From an uncultured Acidimicrobiaceae bacterium (lineage in GTDB: Bacteria > Actinomycetota > Acidimicrobiia > Acidimicrobiales > RAAP-2): DNA of 64,000 nucleotides. Within the stretch, counting starts at the first letter, position 1, and every line of letters begins with the position of its first letter. The DNA lies in NCBI GenBank assembly GCA_963764095.1, contig CAVXRB010000026.1, forward strand, positions 74,302 to 138,301, given 5' to 3'. The notes beneath the pieces are model-generated. The model did no database searches. It worked only from the letters and a program-made list of their open reading frames with translations, and was not told the origin of the DNA. The position numbers and the translations under genes were made by a program. Below are positions 22,898 to 32,778 of this stretch, piece after piece.

Positions 22898-23499
22898 GCC
22901 GCCTCTCGCTTCACCGTGCGCCAGCGGTGCCAGATCGCGTAGGCGAGTCCAAGCACGACGACCGCGATGATCGGGTACTCCGAAGCGTGGAAGTCGCCGC
23001 TCACGTGCTTCCAGTTCGATCCGGCCGCGTAACCGAGTCCGGCGAGCAGCGCCACCCACGCGGCCGAGCCGATCGTCGTGAGGATCGCGAAGCGCGCGCG
23101 GTTCATCTCGGCCATCCCGGCCGGGACCGAGATGAAACTACGCACAACGGGAATGACGCGACCGATCAACACCGACGCCGAGCCGTAACGCTCGAACCAG
23201 CTCTCGGCGCGGTCGAGGTCCTTCGTCGACAGCAACAGCCACTTGCCCCAACGTTCGACGATCGTCCGCCCGGCGCTGCGACCGACCTCGTAGGCGATGA
23301 CCGCGCCGACGAGCGATCCCAGCGTGCCGACGACGATGACCGCCCAGAGCGAGAAGCGCACGTGACCGGTGACAGCCGCGGTGCACAGCGCCCCGGCGAA
23401 TCCGTAGGCGACCTCCGACGGGATCGGGATGCACGCCGAGGAGAGTGCCGACAGGACGAAGAGCGCGAAGTAGCTGTAGTGGGTGATGAAGGACTGCAC
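22894..23499 (-). CDS. DedA family membrane protein
   Basis: IPIPSE; GRVIPVVRSFISVPAG. Confidence 0.9.
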   Translation of the reverse strand: MQSFITHYSYFALFVLSALSSACIPIPSEVAYGFAGALCTAAVTGHVRFSLWAVIVVGTLGSLVGAVIAYEVGRSAGRTIVERWGKWLLLSTKDLDRAESWFERYGSASVLIGRVIPVVRSFISVPAGMAEMNRARFAILTTIGSAAWVALLAGLGYAAGSNWKHVSGDFHASEYPIIAVVVLGLAYAIWHRWRTVKREAA

Positions 23500-23569
23500 G
23501 TCGCCATTCTTACCTTTAGGCACCCGCGAGAACGTCACGGTCGATGGGGCAGACTGATCAAGGGGTGCA

Positions 23570-24625
23570 ATGACGTTGGTGCCATCGATCGACGAACTGG
23601 ACGCACCTGGTTGTCGCGTCACCTCGGAGCTGCAGCGGCGCGGCTGAACGTCGCCGTCACGTCGGTCGGCCAAGGTCAGGTCGCCAACTGCTTCGATCAC
23701 GATCCACCACGACGCGGGAACCACCAGCGTGATCGCGAAGGTGCCCTCGAACGACGAGGTGAGCCGCTCGACGGCGGCACTGCAACACCTCTATCAGCGC
23801 GAGGTCTCGTTCTACCAACTCCTCGCGCCGTCGATCGCGACGCGAACACCGCGCTGCTACTTCGCTGAGCGCGACGATAACGACAACTTCCTGTTGCTCC
23901 TGGAGGACCTGAGTCCTTCGGCGGTCATCGACCAGTTCGTCGGCATCTCTCTCGGCACGGCGCGCGCGGGCCTCGCCTCACTCGCCGGACTCCACGGCCC
24001 CACGCACGCGCGCACCGAACTGCACGACGCCAGTTGGCTGCGAGGCGTGAGCGAAGAGCTCCGCCCGCTCTACTCGGCCGTCTTGCCGGTGCTCTTCGAC
24101 CAGTTCATCGAGCGTTACGACGCTCGCATCGATGACGACCTTCGGTCCATGGTGCTCGCGCTCAAAGATCGCCTGGGGCTCTTCAGTGACTACGCGTCGC
24201 CGTTTCCCTGCGTCACGCATGGTGACTTTCGCACCGACAACCTCTTGATCGACGCCCGCGACGGCGCCGTCGCCCTGGCCGTCGTCGACTGGCAGACCGT
24301 GGGCGTCGGGAGTCCACTGCTCGACGTCGCCTACTTCCTCACGACGAGCCTCACGACCGAGGACTGCGCGCGCGAGGAGTTCGAACTCCTGGACTACTAC
24401 CTCGCGAAACTGTTCGGCTACGGCGTCGACATCCCGGCCGAGATCGCTCGACGCGAGTTCTCGCGCTACACGCTGCAACCGATCGTCATGCTGGTGGCGG
24501 CGTCGGTCATCGTCCAACAGACGAAACGGGGCGATGACATGTTCCTCGCGATGATCGAACGCGCGGTCGTGGCTGCCACGCGCTGGGACGCGATCAATGA
24601 ACTGGGGCGCGATGCTGTTAGCTGA
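23570..24625 (+). CDS. APH/EcKinase-like phosphotransferase (5' frameshift)
   Basis: VGQGQVA; REVSFY; LLLEDL; THGDFRTDNLL; VVDWQ. Confidence 0.88.
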
Positions 24626-25661
24626 GGACGACTACCCACTGCACCAGACGGCGCTGCCACTCGCCCACGTCATGGACGGACACCCGAACGCCTACGACCG
24701 CTTCTGGTTCAACGGATACGACGAGGAGTTCTACTTCGCCTTCGCCTTGGGCCTCTATCCCAATCGCGGCGTGATCGACGCCGCCTTCTCGGTCGTGCAG
24801 GGCGAGCGTCAATACTCCGTCTTCGCGAGTGACGCGCTCGTCGGACGCCCGACCGCCGTCGGACCGCTGCGCCTTGAGATCACCGAACCGATGCGAGTGA
24901 ACCGCGTCGTCGTCGACGCGCCCGACCATGGACTTCGCTGTGACCTCACCTATACGCGAACGACCGCCATCAGCGAAGAGCCCCGACAGACGATGCACGA
25001 CGGCGCGCGACTGTTCATGGACGTGACGCGAGCGACGCAGCTGGGTACCTGGAGCGGATGGATCGAGACGCCCAACGGACGACACCAACTGCCGGCCAAT
25101 CTCCTAGGCACGAAGGACCGATCATGGGGCGTGCGTCCGATCGGTGAAGAACTCCCCGGCGTCGAGAGCCACCGCGCGCCACAACTCGCCTTCTTCTGGG
25201 CGCCGATTCACCTGGGCGACGGCGGCGTGCACTTCATGACGTTCGACGACGCCCACGGACATCCGCTCAGCCGATCGGCCGTGTCGTTCGAGGACGACGC
25301 GGCCCTGATGACCCACGGCGCGTTGACGGTCGAGATGCATCACGGCACGCGCTGGATGCAGCGTGCGGCCCTCACGATGGGCGAACGCGAGATAACGCTC
25401 ACGCCGCTACTGCGCTTCCAGATGCGCGGCGCCGGCTACAGCCATCCCCAGTTCGCCCACGGTCGATGGCACGGCGGGCCGACCGTCAATGACGAACAAC
25501 TGAACCTCGACACGCTCGACCCCCTCGAGTACGCCAACATCCACGTGCAGCACGTCGTGCGCGCGACGTGCGGCGACGAGGTCGGACTCGGTGTGTTGGA
25601 ACAACTCATCATCGGCCCGTACGAACCGACCGGGCTGCGCGGACTACTCGACGGCGCCTAG
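24612..25661 (+). CDS. conserved protein, Rv3169-like
   Basis: DDYPLHQ...YDRFWFNG...YPNRGVIDA...QLGTWSGWI...GTKDRSWGVRPIGE, recalled as Rv3169-family motifs; overlaps the kinase stop. Confidence 0.7.
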   Translation: MLLAEDDYPLHQTALPLAHVMDGHPNAYDRFWFNGYDEEFYFAFALGLYPNRGVIDAAFSVVQGERQYSVFASDALVGRPTAVGPLRLEITEPMRVNRVVVDAPDHGLRCDLTYTRTTAISEEPRQTMHDGARLFMDVTRATQLGTWSGWIETPNGRHQLPANLLGTKDRSWGVRPIGEELPGVESHRAPQLAFFWAPIHLGDGGVHFMTFDDAHGHPLSRSAVSFEDDAALMTHGALTVEMHHGTRWMQRAALTMGEREITLTPLLRFQMRGAGYSHPQFAHGRWHGGPTVNDEQLNLDTLDPLEYANIHVQHVVRATCGDEVGLGVLEQLIIGPYEPTGLRGLLDGA

Positions 25662-26441
25662 TTCTGGTGCTTCGAGCACCAGTACGTCGTACGCCCGCCG
25701 ATCGTCGCTGAGAGCATCGGCGCGCCGTCGCGCGGACAGAACGCACCGGGGTAGCGACCCTCCATGTGATCGCCCATATGCGAACCCCCGCGGCGTTGCA
25801 GCGTTCGCATCGTCTGGGTGAACGCCTTGTAGAGCGCGGCGCGCTGTTCGAGGCTCAGCAGTCCCGTCGGCGTTCGCGGATCGATTCCGGCACGAAACAG
25901 CATCTCGTCGGCGAGGAGGTTCCCGACGCCGGCGACCGACGACTGGTCCATCAGCCTCGCCTTGATCGCCGGTCCGTCGCCGCGGGTCTTCACCACCGCC
26001 GTCGAACTGTTTTCGCGTCAGCGTCAGTGCGTCGGGACCGAGTTCGCTGAGGTCCGGGGCGATCTCGAAGCGACCCAGTCGCCGCGGATCGTGCAGGAGC
26101 AACTTGCGCCCGTCGTTGAACTCCAGTCCCCCGCGTACCCAATCGGCGCGAAAGTCGTGCGGACCATAGAAGAGACCGTCGATGCCGGCGTCGCCGTCGA
26201 TGAGCAGCACGCCGGTCATACCGAAACGAACGCCGAGTCGAACGCCGTCGGTATCGAGGAGCATCAACTTCCCGCGGCGATCAGTCCCGGTCACCGTCAG
26301 ACCCTTCACCGCTCGTCCCCACGCGCTGACACTGGTCAGTTTCTTCGCGGTATAGGCGTCGGCCCACCCGCGCGTGATCGTCGCGCCCACCACCCGATCG
26401 GCGAGTTGGCGATAGGACTCGACTTCGAGAATCTCGGGCAT
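25658..26441 (-). CDS. Fpg/Nei family DNA glycosylase (frameshift near 25995)
   Basis: N-terminal MPEILEVE; RRGK; RFGMTG; DPRRLG; LGPD; H2TH AGVGN; C-terminal CPRD...GRTTYWCSKHQ. Confidence 0.92.
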
Positions 26442-26494
26442 CCGGCGAGCGTATCGGTAAATCGAAATCGAGTCCGCTTCGTTAAGGTTGTGCA

Positions 26495-27619
26495 ATGGCA
26501 CTCGAAAAGCCGCAGTGGAAAGAACTCTTCAGTGAGGTCGTGACGTCGGGACTCTGCACCGGGTGCGCGGCCTGTGTCGTCGCCTGTCCCCATCCCGTCC
26601 TCGACTACGAAACCGACAACGGGGTCTACCGGCCCTTCCACCTCGACATCGACGGCGGACCGGACGACTGCACCCACGGACAAAAGGGCTGCACGATGTG
26701 CACCAGGGCCTGTCCGCGCTTTCGCAACTGGGAGTCCGAGATCGACACGCACAAGTTCGCGCGTGAACGCACCGACGACGAGGTCTGGGGCATCGGCGAC
26801 GTCGTGTTGGCGCGCGCGACCGACGAGTCGCTCGTCGAGAACGGCCAGGACGGCGGGTTCGTCTCGGCGCTGTTGATCTACGCGCTCGAGAACGACGTCA
26901 TCGACGCCGCGCTCGTGAGTGGCCTCGAAGGCGACGGTTCGACGTGGCGCGCGGTGCCCCAGGTCGCACGAACGCGCGACGAGGTGATCGAGACCGCCAA
27001 GTCGCGTTACACCTACAGCGCCAATCTGCTGGCCTACCCGGAGGCGGCCGAGGGCGGCGCCGAACGCATCGCGCTCGTCGGGATGGGCTGCATGGCGTCG
27101 GCGCCCGGCGCGATGCAGTCGCGCAAAGCCGGCAAGCTCGCGCGTCGCCTCTGTCTCACGATCGGACTCATGTGCTCCAAGACCTTCGACGACTCGATCT
27201 TCGAAGAGCTCTTCGAGGCGAAGTACGCGATCAAGCGCGCCGACATCTTGAAGATGAACATCAAGGGCGTCTTCCAGATCTGGACGACCGATGGGGCCTT
27301 CCACGAAGTGCCACTGAAAGAAGCGCACGCCTTCACCCGCGAGGGCTGCAAGCAGTGCCCGGACTTCGCGGCCGAACACGCCGATATCTCGACCGGCGGC
27401 ATCGGTGCCTTCGGTGATTGGACGCTGGTCATCGTGCGCACCGACCAAGGCCGCGAGTTGATGGGCGCCATGAAGGAAAAAGGTCTCATCGAAACACGAC
27501 CCGGCGACGACGATCCCGGCGCCGTGGCGCTGTTACACCGCTTGGCGGTCATTTCGCGAAAGCGCTGGCCCGAGGACGCGGTGCCCGGACCGCGTCGCAT
27601 CCCAGTCGCCATCAACTAG
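26495..27619 (+). CDS. coenzyme F420 hydrogenase/dehydrogenase beta subunit (FrhB/FdhB)-like protein with N-terminal 2x[4Fe-4S] ferredoxin domain
   Basis: CTGCAACVVACP and CTMCTRACP; GQDGGFVSALL; SRY; VGMGC; IGLMC; CKQCPDF...ADISTGG. Confidence 0.88.
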   Translation: MALEKPQWKELFSEVVTSGLCTGCAACVVACPHPVLDYETDNGVYRPFHLDIDGGPDDCTHGQKGCTMCTRACPRFRNWESEIDTHKFARERTDDEVWGIGDVVLARATDESLVENGQDGGFVSALLIYALENDVIDAALVSGLEGDGSTWRAVPQVARTRDEVIETAKSRYTYSANLLAYPEAAEGGAERIALVGMGCMASAPGAMQSRKAGKLARRLCLTIGLMCSKTFDDSIFEELFEAKYAIKRADILKMNIKGVFQIWTTDGAFHEVPLKEAHAFTREGCKQCPDFAAEHADISTGGIGAFGDWTLVIVRTDQGRELMGAMKEKGLIETRPGDDDPGAVALLHRLAVISRKRWPEDAVPGPRRIPVAIN

Positions 27620-27639
27620 TCGACCGTTAGGTTATTTGC

Positions 27640-28278
27640 GTGCCTCCACGTCCCTCATTCACGACGGTGCTGCTGGTGCGTCACGGCGTCACCGCGTCGA
27701 CGGGCATCATCTTGCCGGGACGCGCGCCGGGACTGCACCTGTCCGAACGCGGCGTCGCCCAGGCCCAACGAGTCGCCGAACGGTTGAGTGAGTTGCCCAA
27801 GAAGCCGGTCGCGCTCTACGTCTCGCCGCTCGAGCGAACCCGCGAAACCGCCGCGCCCATCGCGCGCGCCCTTCGACTTCGTCCCCACGCCGAGCGCGGA
27901 CTCCTGGAGTGCGACTTCGGTCTCTGGACCGGCAAGAAACTGAATCTCCTCGCGAAGAAGCCCGAGTGGCGCGCCGTCCAGCACGCCCCGAGTACGTTTC
28001 GATTCCCGGAGGGTGAGTCGTTCACCGAGATGCAACTGCGGATGTGGACGACGTTGGAGAGGATCGCGGCCAAGCACCGCAACCGCACGATCGTCGTCGT
28101 GAGCCACGCCGATCCGATCAAGGCCGCCGTCACCTACGCACAGGGTGTGCCGCTCGACCTCTTCCAGCGAACGGTGATCTCAACCTGCTCGATAAGCGCG
28201 ATCGGCTTCACGAATGGCACGCCTGTCGTGTTGAGCGTCAACAACACCGATTCGTTGAAGGACCTCGCGCCCTCGTGA
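27640..28278 (+). CDS. histidine phosphatase, MSMEG_4193 family
   Basis: LLVRHG; LPGRAPGLHL; SPLERTRETA; ECDFGLWTG; VSHADPIKA. Confidence 0.9.
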   Translation: MPPRPSFTTVLLVRHGVTASTGIILPGRAPGLHLSERGVAQAQRVAERLSELPKKPVALYVSPLERTRETAAPIARALRLRPHAERGLLECDFGLWTGKKLNLLAKKPEWRAVQHAPSTFRFPEGESFTEMQLRMWTTLERIAAKHRNRTIVVVSHADPIKAAVTYAQGVPLDLFQRTVISTCSISAIGFTNGTPVVLSVNNTDSLKDLAPS

Positions 28279-28754
28279 ACTACGTCTTCGCCAATCCCGA
28301 CAAGGTCATGGTCGGCGTTCGCGGCGAGGTCGGCAACCGGCTCTTCTTGCTGCAGGTGCGCGAGGGCCGGCGACTCGTCATCGTGAAGTGCGAGAAGCAA
28401 CAGCTGGCCGCGCTGGCCGAGTGGCTCGCCCAAGTGATCAGCGACATGGGACGACCGGCCCATCTGCCCGATGACCTCGCTCTGGAACCCGAGTACGAGT
28501 CCGACTTCGTCGCCGGAGACATCGCGGTCGCCCTCGATGAAGAGAACCAGACGGTCGAGGTCACCTTCGAGTCGCTCGAAGGTGACGATGAACTCGTCTT
28601 GACCCTGACGCGCGAGTGGGCCGGCGGACTCGCCATCGCCATCGCACGACTCGTCGAGGCCGGTCGACCGACCTGTCCGCTCTGTGGCGGGCCACTCGAT
28701 CCCAAGGGTCACGACTGTCCGCGCACGAACGGCCACGCTCCCCCGATCCGGTAG
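28275..28754 (+). CDS. DUF3090 family protein
   Basis: GVRGEVGNRLFLLQ...EKQQLAALA...AGRPTCPLCGGPLDPKGHDCPRTNGH. Confidence 0.88.
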   Translation: MNYVFANPDKVMVGVRGEVGNRLFLLQVREGRRLVIVKCEKQQLAALAEWLAQVISDMGRPAHLPDDLALEPEYESDFVAGDIAVALDEENQTVEVTFESLEGDDELVLTLTREWAGGLAIAIARLVEAGRPTCPLCGGPLDPKGHDCPRTNGHAPPIR

Positions 28755-28758
28755 ATCG

Positions 28759-29466
28759 ATGAACCGCGACGAACAACAGACGCTGCTCTTGAAGGGTTCG
28801 ATCGAGGTCGAAGGTCGCGTCGTCGCCTCCTCGAATCAGGCGCTGTTGGTCACCGTCTCACTCGATGGACTGACCGGACAGGCCTGTTACAAGGCCGAGG
28901 CCGGCGAGCGACCGCTGTGGGACTTCCCCGACGGACTCTGGCGCCGTGAGGTCGCCGCCTACGAACTCGACGTCGCGCTCGGCACCGATCTCGTGCCCAC
29001 GACGGTCGGGCGCGAAGACGGACCCTTCGGCGTCGGCTCGCTCCAGTGGTGGGTGGACGACAACGAAGAGGACCACTACTTCACCCTGCGAGAACATCCC
29101 CAGTTCCACGAGTGGTTCGGTGAGCTCGCGGCCTTCGACGTCGTCGCCAACAACGCCGACCGCAAAGCCGGTCACGTGATCTACGACGGGACCCGCTGCT
29201 GGGCGATCGACAACGGACTGTGCTTCCACGAACAGGACAAACTGCGCACCGTCATCTGGGAGTACGCCGGTCTCGACGTCAACGCGCACCTACTGGAGCG
29301 CATCGACCGCTTCGCCAGCGGTGACACCGGTCGCGTCGGCGAGTGGCTCAATCCCATCGAGTTGGCACTCGCGCAGAACCGCGCGCACGGTTTGGTGGAG
29401 AACGCGACGTACCCGGTCCCCGATGAGGACTCGGACTGGCCGCCCTATCCCTGGCCGCTCATCTAG
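28759..29466 (+). CDS. SCO1664 family protein (PI3/PI4-kinase-like fold)
   Basis: YK...GERPLWDFPDG..REVAAY; NNADRKAGH; IDNGLCF; KLRTVIW; C-terminal PYPWPLI. Confidence 0.9.
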   Translation: MNRDEQQTLLLKGSIEVEGRVVASSNQALLVTVSLDGLTGQACYKAEAGERPLWDFPDGLWRREVAAYELDVALGTDLVPTTVGREDGPFGVGSLQWWVDDNEEDHYFTLREHPQFHEWFGELAAFDVVANNADRKAGHVIYDGTRCWAIDNGLCFHEQDKLRTVIWEYAGLDVNAHLLERIDRFASGDTGRVGEWLNPIELALAQNRAHGLVENATYPVPDEDSDWPPYPWPLI

Positions 29467-30929
29467 GTCGTCGCGAGGTCGTCGTCGTGTTCGGGCACAC
29501 CCGACTCGAGTAGCCCGAAGGTGAGAATCGCCCCGGCTCCGAAGAACACCGCCGCCCACCAGAACGCCACGGCGTAGCCGTGCAGCGTCGCCAGTACCGC
29601 CGCTTTATGTGCAGCCGTTGAAGAGGTGTAGAACTTGTCCACGCCGTTCGAACGCGCCGTAACCGAGACGGCGATGGTGTTGAGCAACGCCAGTCCCATC
29701 GAGCCACCGATCTGTTGTGTGGTGTTGACGAGTGCTGAGGCCGCACCGACGTCACTGGGGCGAACACCCGCCGTCGCGCTCGCGATCGCCGGAGCGAAGA
29801 TCAGACCGAGTCCGAGGCCGGTCACCACCAGGCCCGGCAAGACGTTCGAGAAGTAGTCCGCGCTTGGTGTCAACCGCGTGAAGAGGACCATACCCATCAT
29901 CGAGAGCAACATGCCGGTCGGGATAAGTGGACGCGGTCCGCTCACCGCGAGGAGACGGGCGCTCGCGATGAAGGCCGACAGCGCGATCGCCCCGACGAGG
30001 GGTAAGAAGGCGACACCGGTGTGCAGCGGCGAGTAGCCCAGTGTCCCTTGCAAGTAGTACGCGAGGAAGAGCGAGATCCCGAAGATCCCGATGCTGGTCA
30101 AAAACAGCGCGACGAGGGAACCACCGCGAACGCGGTTGATGAGCACGCGTAACGGCAACAGTGGGTTCTTCGATCGCTGCTGCCAGCGCACGAAGGCCAC
30201 GAGCAAGGCGACGCCGATGACGAGGCTGCCCCAGGTGATGTAGTTGCCCCAGCCGGTGTTGACGGCGTGGGCAAAGCCGTAGACGACGAAGAACAGTCCC
30301 GCGCTCCCCAGCAACGTCCCGAAGACGTCGAGGCCTGCGGCCTGCTCGCGTTTGCCTCCGTCGACGAAGAGTGCGACGCCGATGACGGCGACCGCGGCGA
30401 AGAGCAGGTTGATGAAGAGACACCAGCGCCACGTCGCCCACTGGGTCAGCGCGCCGCCCAAGAGCAGACCGATGGCGGCGCCCGAGGCGCCGATAGCGCC
30501 GTAGATCGAAAAGGCCTTCGCGCGCTCGTTGGGTTCGCTAAACGTTGACGAGAGCGCCGCCAATGCCGCGGGCGCAAGCACCGCGCCGAACACGCCCTGG
30601 ACGGCTCGCGCCGTCACCAGCGTCGCGAAGTTGTGCGCCCAGCCGCCCGCGGCCGAAGCGATGGCGAACCCGGCGAGCCCGACGTAGAGCGACGTTCTCC
30701 GACCCCACATGTCCGAGAGTCGACCGCCGATCAACAACAGCGATCCGAACGACAAGGCGTAGGCCGTGATGAGCCACTGGCGGTTGGCGACCGAGAAGTG
30801 GAGATCGCGCTGTGCGTGGGGCAACGCGATGTTGATGACCGTCGCGTCGAGCGCCACCATCAACTGCGTGATGCTTAGTACTCCGAGAGCCCACCACCGG
30901 CGTTCCGACGAGGTCGTGGGGCTGCTCAT
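29463..30929 (-). CDS. MFS transporter, DHA2 (14-TMS drug:H+ antiporter)
   Basis: QLMVALDATVINIALP; GGRLSDMWGRR; WRWCLFINL. Confidence 0.92.
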   Translation of the reverse strand: MSSPTTSSERRWWALGVLSITQLMVALDATVINIALPHAQRDLHFSVANRQWLITAYALSFGSLLLIGGRLSDMWGRRTSLYVGLAGFAIASAAGGWAHNFATLVTARAVQGVFGAVLAPAALAALSSTFSEPNERAKAFSIYGAIGASGAAIGLLLGGALTQWATWRWCLFINLLFAAVAVIGVALFVDGGKREQAAGLDVFGTLLGSAGLFFVVYGFAHAVNTGWGNYITWGSLVIGVALLVAFVRWQQRSKNPLLPLRVLINRVRGGSLVALFLTSIGIFGISLFLAYYLQGTLGYSPLHTGVAFLPLVGAIALSAFIASARLLAVSGPRPLIPTGMLLSMMGMVLFTRLTPSADYFSNVLPGLVVTGLGLGLIFAPAIASATAGVRPSDVGAASALVNTTQQIGGSMGLALLNTIAVSVTARSNGVDKFYTSSTAAHKAAVLATLHGYAVAFWWAAVFFGAGAILTFGLLESGVPEHDDDLATT

Positions 30930-31013
30930 GTTGCCCCAAGCCTAAATTCTGAGGCCCGCGAAGTGGGGCACGATATCGAGGCCCGCAGTGGGACTCGAGT
31001 CGTCAATGATTTC

Positions 31014-31979
31014 CTAGGCTCGCGCCTTGAGGGCGGCGATCAGAGCGGGCAACACCTTGTTCACGTCGCCGACGATCCCGAAGTCCGCGATCTGAAAGAT
31101 TGGCGCGTCGGGGTCTTTATTGATGGCCACGATGTTCTTCGAGCCCTTCATGCCGACCATGTGTTGGGTCGCCCCCGAGATGCCGCACGCGATGTAGACG
31201 GTTGGCTTGACGGTCTTGCCGGTCTGACCGACCTGATGCGAATAGGGCACCCACCCGGCGTCGACGATCGCGCGCGACGCGCCAGCCGCGCCGTTCAACA
31301 GCTTCGCGGTCTCTTCGATCAGCGCGTACTTCTCGGCCTCGCCGAGTCCACGACCACCCGAGACCACGACCGCCGCCTCTTCGAGTTTCGGCCCGACGCG
31401 CTCTTCGACGTGGGTCGCGGTGATATTCGAGGTGCCCGTCGCACCGACGTCGCCCGGGGGCGCCGCGACGACCGAGGCCGCCGCTCCGCCGCTCGCCTCG
31501 GCGACGAATGACTTGGCGCGGATGACGAAGATGCCCGGTCCCTCGCCGGTGAAGTGCGCTTTGACGGTCTGTGAGCCACCGAAGATCGGGTGCTCGGTCA
31601 CGAGTCCGCCGTCATCAGAGAGCCCGGTCACGTTCGTCAGAACCGGACGATCGAGTCGAGCCGACAGCCGACCGGCGACGTCGCGCCCGTCGTAGCTCGT
31701 GGGGATCAGAATCGCGTCGGGTGCTCCCGCGGACGCGATGAGAGCAGCGATCGCCGACGCGACGGGGACACCCGGTAGGGCGCCACCGAGGTCGCCGACG
31801 TCATAGAGCGTGGTCGCGCCGTAGTCGCCCGCGACCGCGGCGAGCACCGCGTCGCCGCCCCACGTGATCGCCGAGAGCGTCGCGCCGAACGTACGCGCCT
31901 GCGTGAGCAGTTCCAATGAGGTCGTGGTGAAAGAGCCGTTCGACGGTTCCGCGACGACCCAGACGTTTGACAGTGCCAT
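31014..31979 (-). CDS. etfA: electron transfer flavoprotein alpha subunit
   Basis: VVSGGRG; [11 protein letters not shown]; QVGQTGK; GISGATQH; [11 protein letters not shown]. Confidence 0.96.
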   Translation of the reverse strand: MALSNVWVVAEPSNGSFTTTSLELLTQARTFGATLSAITWGGDAVLAAVAGDYGATTLYDVGDLGGALPGVPVASAIAALIASAGAPDAILIPTSYDGRDVAGRLSARLDRPVLTNVTGLSDDGGLVTEHPIFGGSQTVKAHFTGEGPGIFVIRAKSFVAEASGGAAASVVAAPPGDVGATGTSNITATHVEERVGPKLEEAAVVVSGGRGLGEAEKYALIEETAKLLNGAAGASRAIVDAGWVPYSHQVGQTGKTVKPTVYIACGISGATQHMVGMKGSKNIVAINKDPDAPIFQIADFGIVGDVNKVLPALIAALKARA

Positions 31980-31986
31980 CTCTCTC

Positions 31987-32760
31987 CTACAGAACCTTGA
32001 TCGATTCGAGGAAACCGACGATGCGCTCAGCACCGTCGCCCTCGTCCACGTACTTCTCACCCGCGGCGCGTGACTCGGCGGCCACGACGTCGATGATCTC
32101 TTGGCGCGCGCCGGCGGGACCGGTCTGGCCACCGAGGTCGAGGTCCGCGACCGAGAGGACCTCGAGCGGCTTGGACTTGGCGGCCATGATGCCCTTGAAG
32201 GACGCGTAGCGCGGTTCGACGACGCCAGCGGTGACGGTGACCAGTGCCGGCAACGGCGCGGTCACTTCGTCATAGCCCGACTCGGTCTGTCGTTCGACCT
32301 TGACGGTCGTGCCGTCGATGGCGACCGACTTGGCGAAGGTAATTGACGGCAGGCCGAGCAGTTCGGCGATCTGCACGGGCGTCGTGCCGGTGTAGCCGTC
32401 GGAGGACTCGGTCGCGGCGAGCACGAGGTCCGGGCTCTCGCGCTTGATGACCGCGGCGAGCACTTTGGCCGTGCCCAGTGCGTCGGTGCCGCGCAGCGCG
32501 TCATCGCTCACGATGACGGCCTTGGCGGCGCCCATGGCGAGGGCGTTGCGCAGTCCGGCGACGTCCGCGGCCGATCCCATCGAGACGACCGTGACCTCCC
32601 CGCTGCCGGCCTTGTCGACCAGTTGCAGCGCCATCTCGACGCCGTAGGTGTCGGCCTCATCGAGGATCAGCTTGCCCGAACGATTGAGATTGTGTGAGGG
32701 TTCCAGCGACTGCGGCGCGGCCGGGTCGGGAATCTGTTTTACGCAAACGACGATATTCAT
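31987..32760 (-). CDS. etfB: electron transfer flavoprotein beta subunit
   Basis: MNIVVCVKQIPD; ALAMGA; EPRYASFKGIMAAK. Confidence 0.96.
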   Translation of the reverse strand: MNIVVCVKQIPDPAAPQSLEPSHNLNRSGKLILDEADTYGVEMALQLVDKAGSGEVTVVSMGSAADVAGLRNALAMGAAKAVIVSDDALRGTDALGTAKVLAAVIKRESPDLVLAATESSDGYTGTTPVQIAELLGLPSITFAKSVAIDGTTVKVERQTESGYDEVTAPLPALVTVTAGVVEPRYASFKGIMAAKSKPLEVLSVADLDLGGQTGPAGARQEIIDVVAAESRAAGEKYVDEGDGAERIVGFLESIKVL

Positions 32761-32778
32761 GGCCTTCAGACTAGGCCA

